DNA of 64,000 bases from Eledone cirrhosa (Eukaryota), in contig OZ024740.1 of the NCBI GenBank assembly GCA_964016885.1, forward strand, positions 39,246,001-39,310,000, written 5' to 3'. A model generated the notes under the pieces. It saw only the letters and a list, made by a program, of their open reading frames with translations. It searched no databases and was not told where the DNA came from. Position numbers and translations under genes: made by a program. Positions 33,101-47,700 of this stretch are shown one piece after another. Within the stretch, counting starts at the first letter, position 1. Each line of letters starts with the position of its first letter.

Positions 33101-34990
33101 TAGTATTGTAACTATATAGTGTACTATTGTAACTATATAACAGTAGTATTGTAACTATATAGTGTAGTATTGTAACTATATAACAGTAGTATTGTAACTA
33201 TATATAAGAGTGGTATTGTGACTATATAACAGTAGTATTGTAACTATATAACAGTAGTATTGTAACTATATAGTGTAGAATTGCAACTATATAACAGTAG
33301 TATTGTAACGATATAACAGTAGTAATGTAACTATATAACAGAAGCATTGTAACTATATAGTGTAGTATTGTAACTATATAACAGTAGTATTGTAATTATA
33401 TAGTGTAGTATTGTAACTATATAACAGTAGTTTTGTAACTATATAACAGTAGTATTGTAACTATCTATAACAGTAGTATTGTAACTATATAGTGTAGTAT
33501 TGTAACTATATAACAGTAGTATTGTAACTATATAGTGTACTATTGTAACTATATAACAGTAGTATTGTAACTATATAGTGTAGTATTGTAACTATATAAC
33601 AGTAGTATTGTAACTATATAACAGTAGTATTGTAACTATATAACAGTAGTATTGTAACTATATAGTGTAGTATTGCAACTATATAACAGTAGTATTGTAA
33701 CTATATAATGGTAGTATTGTAACTATATAATAGTAGTATTGTAACTATATAACAGTAGTATTGTGATAATATAACAGTATTATTGTAACTATATAACAGT
33801 AGTAATATAACCTATATAATGTAGTATTGTAACTATATAGTGTTGTATAGTAACTATATAACAGTAGTATCGTAACTATATAACAGTAGTATTGTAACTA
33901 TATAACAGTAGTATTGTAACAATATAACAGTAGTATTGTAACTATATATAACAGTAGTATTGTAACTATATAACAGTAGGATTGTAACTATATAGTGTAG
34001 TATTGTAACTATATAACAGTAGTATTGTAACTATATAACAGTAGTATTGTAACTATATAGCACTAGTATTGTAACTATATAGCAGTAGTATTTTACTATA
34101 TAGTAGTATTGTAACTATATATAACAGTAGTATTGTAACTATATAGTGTAGTATTGTAACTATATAACAGTAGTATTGTAACTATATAACAGTAGTATTG
34201 TAACTATATAACAGTAGTATTGTAACTATATAACAGTAGTATTGTAACTATGTAGTGTAGTATTGTAACTATATAACTGTAGTATTGTAACTATATAACA
34301 GTAGTATTGTAACTATATAACAGTAGTATTGTAACTATATAACAGTAGTATTGTAACTATATAACAGTAGTATTGTAACTATATAGCAGTAGTATTTTAA
34401 CTATATATTAGTATTGTAACTATATATAACAGTAGTATTTTAACTATATTGTAGTATTCTAACTATATATAACAGTAGTATTGCAACTATATAACAGTAG
34501 TATTGTAACTATATAACAGTAGTATTGTAACTATATATAACACTAGTATTGTAACTATATAACAGTAGTATTCTAACTATATAGTGTAGTATTGTAACTA
34601 TATATAACAGTAGTATTGTAACTATATAACAGTAGTATTGTACCTATATAGTGTAGTATTGTAACTATATATAACAGTAGTATTCTAACTATATAACAGT
34701 AGTATTGTAACTATATAGTGTAGTATTGCAACTATATAGTGTAGTATTGTAACTATATAACAGTAGTATTGTAACTATATAACAGTAGTATTGTAACTAT
34801 ATAACAGTAGTATTGTAACTATATAACAGCAGTAATGTAACTATATAACAGTAGTAATGTAACTATATGACAGTAGTATTGCAACTATATAACAGTAGCA
34901 TTGTAACTATATAACAGTAGAATTGTAACTATATAACAGTAGTATTGTAACTATATAACAGTAGTAATGTAACTATATAACAGAAGCATT
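24150..34990 (+). repeat. Duplicated block with 7285/7286-bp offset (~24150-27700 vs ~31440-34990)
   Basis: AAGAGTAGTAATG at 24196 and 31481, AAGAGTGG at 25921 and 33206 (offset 7285), TACCTATA at 27355 and 34641 (offset 7286). A 1-bp C insertion at ~33811 explains the shift. Confidence 0.9.
27760..28870 (+). repeat. Direct tandem duplication of ~569 bp (~26 monomers)
   Basis: The series ACAGTGG...TATTGAAAC...TTTGGTAAAT...TATGTAGTATAG...TATATATCAG starts at 27782 and again at 28351. Confidence 0.88.
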
Positions 34991-37900
34991 GTAACTATAT
35001 AGTGTAGTATTGTAACTATATAACAGTAGTATTGTAATTATATAGTGTAGTATTGTAACTATATAACAGTAGTATTGTAACTATATAACAGTAGTATTGT
35101 AACTATATATAACAGTAGTATTGTAACTATATAGTGTAGTATTGTAACTATATAACAGTAGTGTTGTAACTATATAGTGTACTATTGTAACTATATAACA
35201 GTAGTATTGTAACTATATAGTGTAGTATTGTAACTATATAACAGTAGTATTGTAACTATATAACAGTAGTATTGTAACTATATATAACAGTAGTATTGTA
35301 ACTATATAGTGTAGTATTGTAACTATATAACAGTAGTATTGTAACTATATAACAGTAGTATTGTAACTATATAACAGTAGTATTGTAACTATATAGTGTA
35401 TTATTGCAACTATATAACAGTAGTATTGTAACTATATATAACACTAGTATTGTAACTATATAACAGTAGTATTCTAACTATATAGTGTAGTATTGTAACT
35501 ATATATAACAGTAGTATTGTAACTATATAACAGTAGTATTGTAACTATATAGTGTAGTATTGTAACTATATATAACAGTAGTATTCTAACTATATAACAG
35601 TAGTATTGTAACTATATAGTGTAGTATTGCAACTATATAGTGTAGTATTGTAACTATATAACAGTAGTATTGTAACTATATAACAGTAGTATTGTAACTA
35701 TATAACAGTAGTATTGTAACTATATAACAGTAGTAATGTAACTATATAAGAGTCGTAATGTAACTATATGACAGTAGTATTGCAACTATATAACAGTAGC
35801 ATTGTAACTATATAACAGTAGTATTGTAACTATATAACAGTAGTATTGTAACTATATAACAGTAGTAATGTAACTATATAACAGAAGCATTGTAACTATA
35901 TAGTGTAGTATTGTAACTATATAACAATAGTATTGTAATTATATAGTGTAGTATTGTAACTATATAACAGTAGTATTGTAACTATATAACAGTAGTATTG
36001 TAACTATATATAACAGTAGTATTGTAACTATATAGTGTAGTATTGTAACTATATAACAGTAGTATTGTAACTATATAGTGTACTATTGTAACTATATAAC
36101 AGTAGTATTGTAACTATATAGTGTAGTATTGTAACTATATAACAGTAGTATTGTGACTATATAACAGTAGTATTGTAACTATATAACAGTAGTATTGTAA
36201 CTATATAGTGTAGAATTGCAACTATATAACAGTAGTATTGTAACTATATAACAGTAGTAATGTAACTATATAACAGAAGCATTGTAACTATATAGTGTAG
36301 TATTGTAACTATATAACAGTAGTATTGTAATTATATAGTGTAGTATTGTAACTATATAACAGTAGTATTGTAACTATATAACAGTAGTATTGTAACTATA
36401 TATAACAGTAGTATTGTAACTATATAGTGTAGTATTGTAACTATATAACAGTAGTATTGTAACTATATAGTGTACTATTGTAACTATATAACAGTAGTAT
36501 TGTAACTATATAGTGTAGTATTGTAACTATATAACAGTAGTATTGTAACTATATAACAGTAGTATTGTAACTATATAACAGTAGTATTGTAACTATATAG
36601 TGTAGTATTGCAACTATATAACAGTAGTATTGTAATTATATAACAGTAGTATTGTGATAATATAACAGTAGTATTGTAACTATATAACAGTAGTAATGTA
36701 ACTATATAATGTAGTATTGTAACTATATAGTGTTGTATAGTAACTATATAACAGTAGTATCGTAACTATATAACAGTAGTATTGTAAATATATAACAGTA
36801 GTATTGTAACTATATAACAGTAGTATTGTAACTATATATAACAGTAGTATTGTAACTATATAACAGTAGGATTGTAACTATATAGTGTAGAATTGTAACT
36901 ATATAACAGTAGTATTGTAACTATATAACAGTAGTATTGTAACTATATAACAGTAGTATTGTAACTATATAGCACTAGTATTGTAACTATATAGCAGTAG
37001 TATTTTACTATATAGTAGTATTGTAACTATATATAACAGTAGTATTGTAACTATATAGTGTAGTATTGTAACTATATAACAGTAGTATTGTAACTATATA
37101 ACAGTAGTATTGTAACTATATAACAGTAGTATTGTAACTATATAACAGTAGTATTGTAACTATGTAGTGTAGTATTGTAACTATATAACTGTAGTATTGT
37201 AACTATATAACAGTGGTATTGTAACTATATAACAGTAGTATTGTAATTATATAACTGTAATATTGTAACTATATAACAGTAGTATTGTAACTATATAGCA
37301 GTAGTATTTTAACTATATAGTAGTATTGTAACTATATATAGCAGTAGTATTTTAACTATATTGTAGTATTCTAACTATATATAACAGTAGTATTGCAACT
37401 ATATAACAGTAGTATTGTAACTATATAACAGTAGTATTGTAACTATATATAACACTAGTATTGTAACTATATAAGAGTAGTATTCTAACTATATAGTGTA
37501 GTATTGTAACTATATATAACAGTAGTATTGTAACTATATAACAGTAGTATTGTAACTATATAGTGTAGTATTGTAAATATATATAACAGTAGTATTCTAA
37601 CTATATAACAGTAGTATTGTAACTATATAGTGTAGTATTGCAACTATATAGTGTAGTATTGTAACTATATAACAGTAGTATTGTAACTATATAACAGTAG
37701 TATTGTAACTATATAACAGTAGTATTGCAACTATATAACAGTAGTAATGTAACTATATAACAGTAGTAATGTAACTATATGACAGTAGTATTGCAACTAT
37801 ATAACAGTAGCATTGTAACTATATAACAGTAGTATTGTAACTATATAACAGTAGTATTGTAACTATACAGTGTAGTATTGTAACTATATAACAGTAGAAT

Positions 37901-40700
37901 TGTAAATATATAGTGTAGTATTGTAACTATATAACAGTAGTATTGTAACTATATATAACAGTAGTATTGTGACTATATAACAGTAGTATTGTAACTATAT
38001 AACAGTAGTATTGTAACTATATAGTGTAGAATTGCAACTATATAACAGTAGTATTGTAACTATATAACAGTAGTAATGTAGCTATATAACAGAAGCATTG
38101 TAACTATATAGTGTAGTATTGTAACTATATAACAGTAGTATTGTAATTATATAGTGTAGTATTGTAACTATATAACAGTAGTATTGTAACTATATAACAG
38201 TAGTATTGTAACTATATATAACAGTAGTATTGTAACTATATAGTGTAGTATTGTAACTATATAACAGTAGTATTGTAACTATATAGTGTACTATTGTAAC
38301 TATATAACAGTAGTATTGTAACTATATAGTGTAGTATTGTAACTATATAACAGTAGTATTGTAACTATATAACAGTAGTATTGTAACTATATATAACAGT
38401 AGTATTGTAACTATATAGTGTAGTATTGTAACTATATAACAGTAGTATTGTAACTATATAGTGTACTATTGTAACTATATAACAGTAGTATTGTAACTAT
38501 ATAGTGTAGTATTGTAACTATATAACAGTAGTATTGTAACTATATAGTGTATTATTGCAACTATATAACAGTAGTATTGTAACTATATATAACACTAGTA
38601 TTGTAACTATATAACAGTAGTATTCTAACTATATAGTGTAGTATTGTAACTATATATAACAGTAGTATTGTAACTATATAACAGTAGTATTGTTACTATA
38701 TAGTGTAGTATTGTAACTATATATAACAGTAGTATTCTAACTATATAACAGTAGTATTGTAACTATATAGTGTAGTATTGCAACTATATAGTGTAGTATT
38801 GTAACTATATAACAGTAGTATTGTAACTATATAACAGTAGTATTGTAACTATATAACAGTAGTATTGTAACTATATAACAGTAGTAATGTAACTATATAA
38901 GAGTCGTAATGTAACTATATGACAGTAGTATTGTAACTATATAACAGTAGTATTGTAACTATATAACAGTAGTATTGTAACTATATAACAGTAGTAATGT
39001 AACTATATAACAGAAGCATTGTAACTATATAGTGTAGTATTGTAACTATATAACAGTAGTATTGTAATTATATAGTGTAGTATTGTAACTATATAACAGT
39101 AGTATTGTAACTATATAACAGTAGTATTGTAACTATATATAACAGTAGTATTGTAACTATATAGTGTAGTATTGTAACTATATAACAGTAGTATTGTAAC
39201 TATATAGTGTACTATTGTAACTATATAACAGTAGTATTGTAACTATATAGTGTAGTATTGTAACTATATAACAGTAGTATTGTAACTATATATAACAGTA
39301 GTATTGTGACTATATAACAGTAGTATTGTAACTATATAACAGTAGTATTGTAACTATATAGTGTAGAATTGCAACTATATAACAGTAGTATTGTAACTAT
39401 ATAACAGTAGTAATGTAACTATATAACAGAAGCATTGTAACTATATAGTGTAGTATTGTAACTATATAACAGTAGTATTGTAATTATATAGTGTAGTATT
39501 GTAACTATATAACAGTAGTATTGTAACTATATAACAGTAGTATTGTAACTATATATAACAGTAGAATTGTAACTATATAGTGTAGTATTGTAACTATATA
39601 ACAGTAGTATTGTAACTATATAGTGTACTATTGTAACTATATAACAGTAGTATTGTAACTATATAGTGTAGTATTGTAACTATATAACAGTAGTATTGTA
39701 ACTATATAACAGTAGTATTGTAACTATATAACAGTATTATTGTAACTATATAGTGTAGTATTGCAACTATATAACAGTAGTATTGTAACTATATAACAGT
39801 AGTATTGTGATAATATAACAGTAGTATTGTAACTATATAACAGTAGTAATGTAACTATATAATGTAGTATTGTAACTATATAGTGTTGTATAGTAACTAT
39901 ATAACAGTAGTATCGTAACTATATAACAGTAGTATTGTAACTATATAACAGTAGTATTGTAACTATATAACAGTAGTATTGTAACTATATATAACAGTAG
40001 TATTGTAACTATATAACAGTAGGATTGTAACTATATAGTGTAGAATTGTAACTATATAACAGTAGTATTGTAACTATATAACAGTAGTATTGTAACTATA
40101 TAACAGTAGTATTGTAACTATATAGCACTAGTATTGTAACTATATAGCAGTAGTATTTTACTATATAGTAGTATTGTAACTATATATAACAGTAGTATTG
40201 TAACTATATAGTGTAGTATTGTAACTATATAACAGTAGTATTGTAACTATATAACAGTAGTATTGTAACTATATAATGGTAGTATTGTAACTATATATTA
40301 GTAGTATTGTAACTATATAACAGTAGTATTGTGATAATATAACAGTAGTATTGTAACTATATAACAGTAGTATTGTAACTATATAGCACTAGTATTGTAA
40401 CTATATAGCAGTAGTATTTTACTATATAGTAGTATTGTAACTATATATAACAGTAGTATTGTAACTATATAGTGTAGTATTGTAACTATATAACAGTAGT
40501 ATTGTAACTATATAACAGTAGTATTGTAACTATATAACAGTAGTATTGTAACTATATAACAGTAGTAATGTAACTATATAATGTAGTATTGTAACTATAT
40601 AGTGTTGTATAGTAACTATATAACAGTAGTATCGTAACTATATAACAGTAGTATTGTAACTATATAACAGTAGTATTGTAACAATATAACAGTAGTATTG

Positions 40701-40736
40701 TAACTATATATAACAGACTACTGTTATATATAGTTA
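40701..40736. repeat. Perfect local inverted repeat (16-bp stem, 4-nt loop ACTA) created by a 20-bp inverted monomer fragment
   Basis: TAACTATATATAACAG (40701-40716) + ACTA + CTGTTATATATAGTTA (40721-40736). Bases 40717-40736 are the reverse complement of TAACTATATATAACAGTAGT. Confidence 0.95.
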
Positions 40737-43700
40737 TATAGTGTTGTATAGTAACTATATAACAGTAGTATCGTAACTATATAACAGTAGGATTGTAACT
40801 ATATAGTGTAGTATTGTAACTATATAACAGTAGTATTGTAACTATATAACAGTAGTATTGTAACTATATAGCACTAGTATTGTAACTATATAGCAGTAGT
40901 ATTTTACTATATAGTAGTATTGTAACTATATATAACAGTAGTATTGTAACTATATAGTGTAGTATTGTAACTATATAACAGTAGTATTGTAACTATATAA
41001 CAGTAGTATTGTAACTATATAACAGTAGTATTGTAACTATATAACAGTAGTATTGTAACTATGTAGTGTAGTATTGTAACTATATAACTGTAGTATTGTA
41101 ACTATATAACTGTAGTATTGTAACTATATAACAGTAGTATTGTAACTATATAACAGTAGTAATGTAACTATATAATGTAGAATTGCAACTATATAACAGT
41201 AGTATTGTAACTATATAACAGTAGCATTGTAACTATATAACAGTAGTATTCTAACTATATAGTGTACTATTGTAACTATATAACAGTAGTATTGTAACTA
41301 TATAGTGTACTATTGTAACTATATAACAGTAGTATTGTAACTATATAGTGTAGTATTGTAACTATATAACAGTAGTATTGTAACTATATAACAGTAGTAT
41401 TGTAACTATATAACAGTAGTATTGTAACTATATAGTGTATTATTGCAACTATATAACAGTAGTATTGTAACTATATATAACACTAGTATTGTAACTATAT
41501 AACAGTAGTATTCTAACTATATAGTGTAGTATTGTAACTATATATAACAGTAGTATTGTAACTATATAACAGTAGTATTGTAACTATATAGTGTAGTATT
41601 GTAACTATATATAACAGTAGTATTCTAACTATATAACAGTAGTATTGTAACTATATAGTGTAGTATTGCAACTATATAGTGTATTATTGTAACTATATAA
41701 CAGTAGTATTGTAACTATATAACAGTAGTATTGTAACTATATAACAGTAGTATTGTAACTATATAACAGTAGTAATGTAACTATATAAGAGTCGTAATGT
41801 AACTATATGACAGTAGTATTGCAACTATATAACAGTAGCATTGTAACTATATAACAGTAGTATTGTAACTATATAACAGTAGTATTGTAACTATATAACA
41901 GTAGCATTGTAACTATATAACAGTAGTATTGTAACTATATAACAGTAGTATTGTAACTATATAACAGTAGTATTGTAACTATATATAACAGTAGTATTGT
42001 AACTATATAGTGTAGTATTATAACTATATAACAGTAGTATTGTAACTATATAGTGTACTATTGTAACTATATAACAGTAGTATTGTAACTATATAGTGTA
42101 GTATTGTAACTATATAACAGTAGTATTGTAACTATATAACAGTAGTATTGTAACTATATAACAGTAGTATTGTAACTATATAGTGTAGTATTGCAACTAT
42201 ATAACAGTAGTATTGTAACTATATAACAGTAGTATTGTGATAATATAACAGTAGTATTGTAACTATATAACAGTAGTAATGTAACTATATAATGTAGTAT
42301 TGTAACTATATAGTGTTGTATAGTAACTATATAACAGTAGTATCGTAACTATATAACAGTAGTATTGTAACTATATAACAGTAGTATTGTAACTATATAA
42401 CAGTAGTATTGTAACTATATATAACAGTAGTATTGTAACTATATAACAGTAGGATTGTAACTATATAGTGTAGAATTGTAACTATATAACAGTAGTATTG
42501 TAACTATATAACAGTAGTATTGTAACTATATAACAGTAGTATTGTAACTATATAGCACTAGTATTGTAACTATATAGCAGTAGTATTTTACTATATAGTA
42601 GTATTGTAACTATATATAACAGTAGTATTGTAACTATATAGTGTAGTATTGTAACTATATAACAGTAGTATTGTAACTATATAACAGTAGTATTGTAACT
42701 ATATAACAGTAGTATTGTAACTATATAACAGTAGTATTGTAACTATGTAGTGTAGTATTGTAACTATATAACTGTAGTATTGTAACTATATAACAGTGGT
42801 ATTGTAACTATATAACAGTAGTATTGTAATTATATAACAGTAATATTGTAACTATATAACAGTAGTATTGTAACTATATAGCAGTAGTATTTTAACTATA
42901 TAGTAGTATTGTAACTATATATAGCAGTAGTATTTTAACTATATTGTAGTATTCTAACTATATATAACAGTAGTATTGCAACTATATAACAGTAGTATTG
43001 TAACTATATAACAGTAGTATTGTAACTATATATAACACTAGTATTGTAACTATATAAGAGTAGTATTCTAACTATATAGTGTAGTATTGTAACTATATAT
43101 AACAGTAGTATTGTAACTATATAACAGTAGTATTGTAACTATATAGTGTAGTATTGTAACTATATATAACAGTAGTATTCTAACTATATAACAGTAGTAT
43201 TGTAACTATATAGTGTAGTATTGCAACTATATAGTGTAGTATTGTAACTATATAACAGTAGTATTGTAACTATATAACAGTAGTATTGTAACTATATAAC
43301 AGTAGTATTGCAACTATATAACAGTAGTAATGTAACTATATAACAGTAGTAATGTAACTATATGACAGTAGTATTGCAACTATATAACAGTAGCATTGTA
43401 ACTATATAACAGTAGTATTGTAACTATATAACAGTAGTATTGTAACTATACAGTGTAGTATTGTAACTATATAACAGTAGAATTGTAACTATATAGTGTA
43501 GTATTGTAACTATATAACAGTAGTATTGTAACTATATATAACAGTAGTATTGTGACTATATAACAGTAGTATTGTAACTATATAACAGTAGTATTGTAAC
43601 TATATAGTGTAGAATTGCAACTATATAACAGTAGTATTGTAACTATATAACAGTAGTAATGTAGCTATATAACAGAAGCATTGTAACTATATAGTGTAGT

Positions 43701-44749
43701 ATTGTAACTATATAACAGTAGTATTGTAATTATATAGTGTAGTATTGTAACTATATAACAGTAGTATTGTAACTATATAACAGTAGTATTGTTACTATAT
43801 ATAACAGTAGTATTGTAACTATATAGTGTACTATTGTAACTATATAACAGTAGTATTGTAACTATATAGTGTAGTATTGTAACTATATAACAGTAGTATT
43901 GTAACTATATAACAGTAGTATTGTAACTATATATAACAGTAGTATTGTAACTATATAGTGTAGTATTGTAACTATATAACAGTAGTATTGTAACTATATA
44001 GTGTACTATTGTAACTATATAACAGTAGTATTGTAACTATATAGTGTAGTATTGTAACTATATAACAGTAGTATTGTAACTATATAACAGTAGTATTGTA
44101 ACTATATAACAGTAGTATTGTAACTATATAGTGTATTATTGCAACTATATAACAGTAGTATTGTAACTATATATAACACTAGTATTGTAACTATATAACA
44201 GTAGTATTCTAACTATATAGTGTAGTATTGTAACTATATATAACAGTAGTATTGTAACTATATAACAGTAGTATTGTTACTATATAGTGTAGTATTGTAA
44301 CTATATATAACAGTAGTATTCTAACTATATAACAGTAGTATTGTAACTATATAGTGTAGTATTGCAACTATATAGTGTAGTATTGTAACTATATAACAGT
44401 AGTATTGTAACTATATAACAGTAGTATTGTAACTATATAACAGTAGTATTGTAACTATATAACAGTAGTAATGTAACTATATAAGAGTCGTAATGTAACT
44501 ATATGACAGTAGTATTGCAACTATATAACAGTAGCATTGTAACTATATAACAGTAGTATTGTAACTATATAACAGTAGTATTGTAACTATATAACAGTAG
44601 TAATGTAACTATATTACAGAAGCATTGTAACTATATAGTGTAGTATTGTAACTATATAACAGTAGTATTGTAATTATATAGTGTAGTATTGTAACTATAT
44701 AACAGTAGTATTGTAACTATATAACAGTAGTATTGTAACTATATATAAC

Positions 44750-47700
44750 AGTAGTATTGTAACTATATAGTGTAGTATTGTAACTATATAACAGTAGTAT
44801 TGTAACTATATAGTGTACTATTGTAACTATATAACAGTAGTATTGTAACTATATAGTGTAGTATTGTAACTATATAACAGTAGTATTGTAACTATATAGT
44901 GTACTATTGTAACTATATAACAGTAGTATTGTAACTATATAGTGTAGTATTGTAACTATATAACAGTAGTATTGTAACTATATAACAGTAGTATTGTAAC
45001 TATATAACAGTAGTATTGTAACTATATAGTGTATTATTGCAACTATATAACAGTAGTATTGTAACTATATATAACACTAGTATTGTAACTATATAACAGT
45101 AGTATTCTAACTATATAGTGTAGTATTGTAACTATATATAACAGTAGTATTGTAACTATATAACAGTAGTATTGTTACTATATAGTGTAGTATTGTAACT
45201 ATATATAACAGTAGTATTCTAACTATATAACAGTAGTATTGTAACTATATAGTGTAGTATTGCAACTATATAGTGTAGTATTGTAACTATATAACAGTAG
45301 TAATGTAACTATATAAGAGTCGTAATGTAACTATATGACAGTAGTATTGCAACTATATAACAGTAGCATTGTAACTATATAACAGTAGTATTGTAACTAT
45401 ATAACAGTAGTATTGTAACTATATAACAGTAGTAATGTAACTATATTACAGAAGCATTGTAACTATATAGTGTAGTATTGTAACTATATAACAGTAGTAT
45501 TGTAATTATATAGTGTAGTATTGTAACTATATAACAGTAGTATTGTAACTATATAACAGTAGTATTGTAACTATATATAACAGTAGTATTGTAACTATAT
45601 AGTGTAGTATTGTAACTATATAACAGTAGTATTGTAACTATATAGTGTACTATTGTAACTATATAACAGTAGTATTGTAACTATATAGTGTAGTATTGTA
45701 ACTATATAACAGTAGTATTGTAACTATATATAACAGTAGTATTGTGACTATATAACAGTAGTATTGTAACTATATAACAGTAGTATTGTAACTATATAGT
45801 GTAGAATTGCAACTATATAACAGTAGTATTGTAACTATATAACAGTAGTAATGTAACTATATAACAGAAGCATTGTAACTATATAGTGTAGTATTGTAAC
45901 TATATAACAGTAGTATTGTAATTATATAGTGTAGTATTGTAACTATATAACAGTAGTATTGTAACTATATAACAGTAGTATTGTAACTATATATAACAGT
46001 AGTATTGTAACTATATAGTGTAGTATTGTAACTATATAACAGTAGTATTGTAACTATATAGTGTACTATTGTAACTATATAACAGTAGTATTGTAACTAT
46101 ATAACAGTAGTATTGTAACTATATATAACACTAGTATTGTAACTATATAACAGTAGTATTCTAACTATATAGTGTAGTATTGTAACTATATATAACAGTA
46201 GTATTGTAACTATATAACAGTAGTATTGTTACTATATAGTGTAGTATTGTAACTATATATAACAGTAGTATTCTAACTATATAACAGTAGTATTGTAACT
46301 ATATAGTGTAGTATTGCAACTATATAGTGTAGTATTGTAACTATATAACAGTAGTATTGTAACTATATAACAGTAGTATTGTAACTATATAACAGTAGTA
46401 TTGTAACTATATAACAGTAGTAATGTAACTATATAAGAGTCGTAATGTAACTATATGACAGTAGTATTGCAACTATATAACAGTAGCATTGTAACTATAT
46501 AACAGTAGTATTGTAACTATATAACAGTAGTATTGTAACTATATAACAGTAGTAATGTAACTATATTACAGAAGCATTGTAACTATATAGTGTAGTATTG
46601 TAACTATATAACAGTAGTATTGTAATTATATAGTGTAGTATTGTAACTATATAACAGTAGTATTGTAACTATATAACAGTAGTATTGTAACTATATATAA
46701 CAGTAGTATTGTAACTATATAGTGTAGTATTGTAACTATATAACAGTAGTATTGTAACTATATAGTGTACTATTGTAACTATATAACAGTAGTATTGTAA
46801 CTATATAGTGTAGTATTGTAACTATATAACAGTAGTATTGTAACTATATAACAGTAGTATTGTAACTATATAACAGTAGTATTGTAACTATATAACAGTA
46901 GTATTGTAACTATATAGTGTAGTATTGCAACTATATAACAGTAGTATTGTAACTATATAACAGTAGTATTGTGATAATATAACAGTAGTATTGTAACTAT
47001 ATAACAGTAGTAATGTAACTATATAATGTAGTATTGTAACTATATAGTGTTGTATAGTAACTATATAACAGTAGTATCGTAACTATATAACAGTAGTATT
47101 GTAACTATATAACAGTAGTATTGTAACTATATAACAGTAGTATTGTAACTATATATAACAGTAGTATTGTAACTATATAACAGTAGGATTGTAACTATAT
47201 AGTGTAGAATTGTAACTATATAACAGTAGTATTGTAACTATATAACAGTAGTATTGTAACTATATAACAGTAGTATTGTAACTATATAGCACTAGTATTG
47301 TAACTATATAGCAGTAGTATTTTACTATATAGTAGTATTGTAACTATATATAACAGTAGTATTGTAACTATATAGTGTAGTATTGTAACTATATAACAGT
47401 AGTATTGTAACTATATAACAGTAGTATTGTAACTATATAACAGTAGTATTGTAACTATATAACAGTAGTATTGTAACTATGTAGTGTAGTATTGTAACTA
47501 TATAACTGTAGTATTGTAACTATATAACAGTGGTATTGTAACTATATAACAGTAGTATTGTAACTATATAGGAGTAGTATTGTAACTATATAACAGTAGT
47601 ATTGTAACTATATAGCAGTAGTATTTTAACTATATAGTAGTATTGTAACTATATATAGCAGTAGTATTTTAACTATATTGTAGTATTCTAACTATATATA

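Noticed and set aside
40701-40736. Hairpin as terminator, miRNA precursor or MITE
   Set aside because: It consists purely of satellite sequence, with an AT-rich stem, no U-tract or upstream gene, and no TIR/TSD structure.
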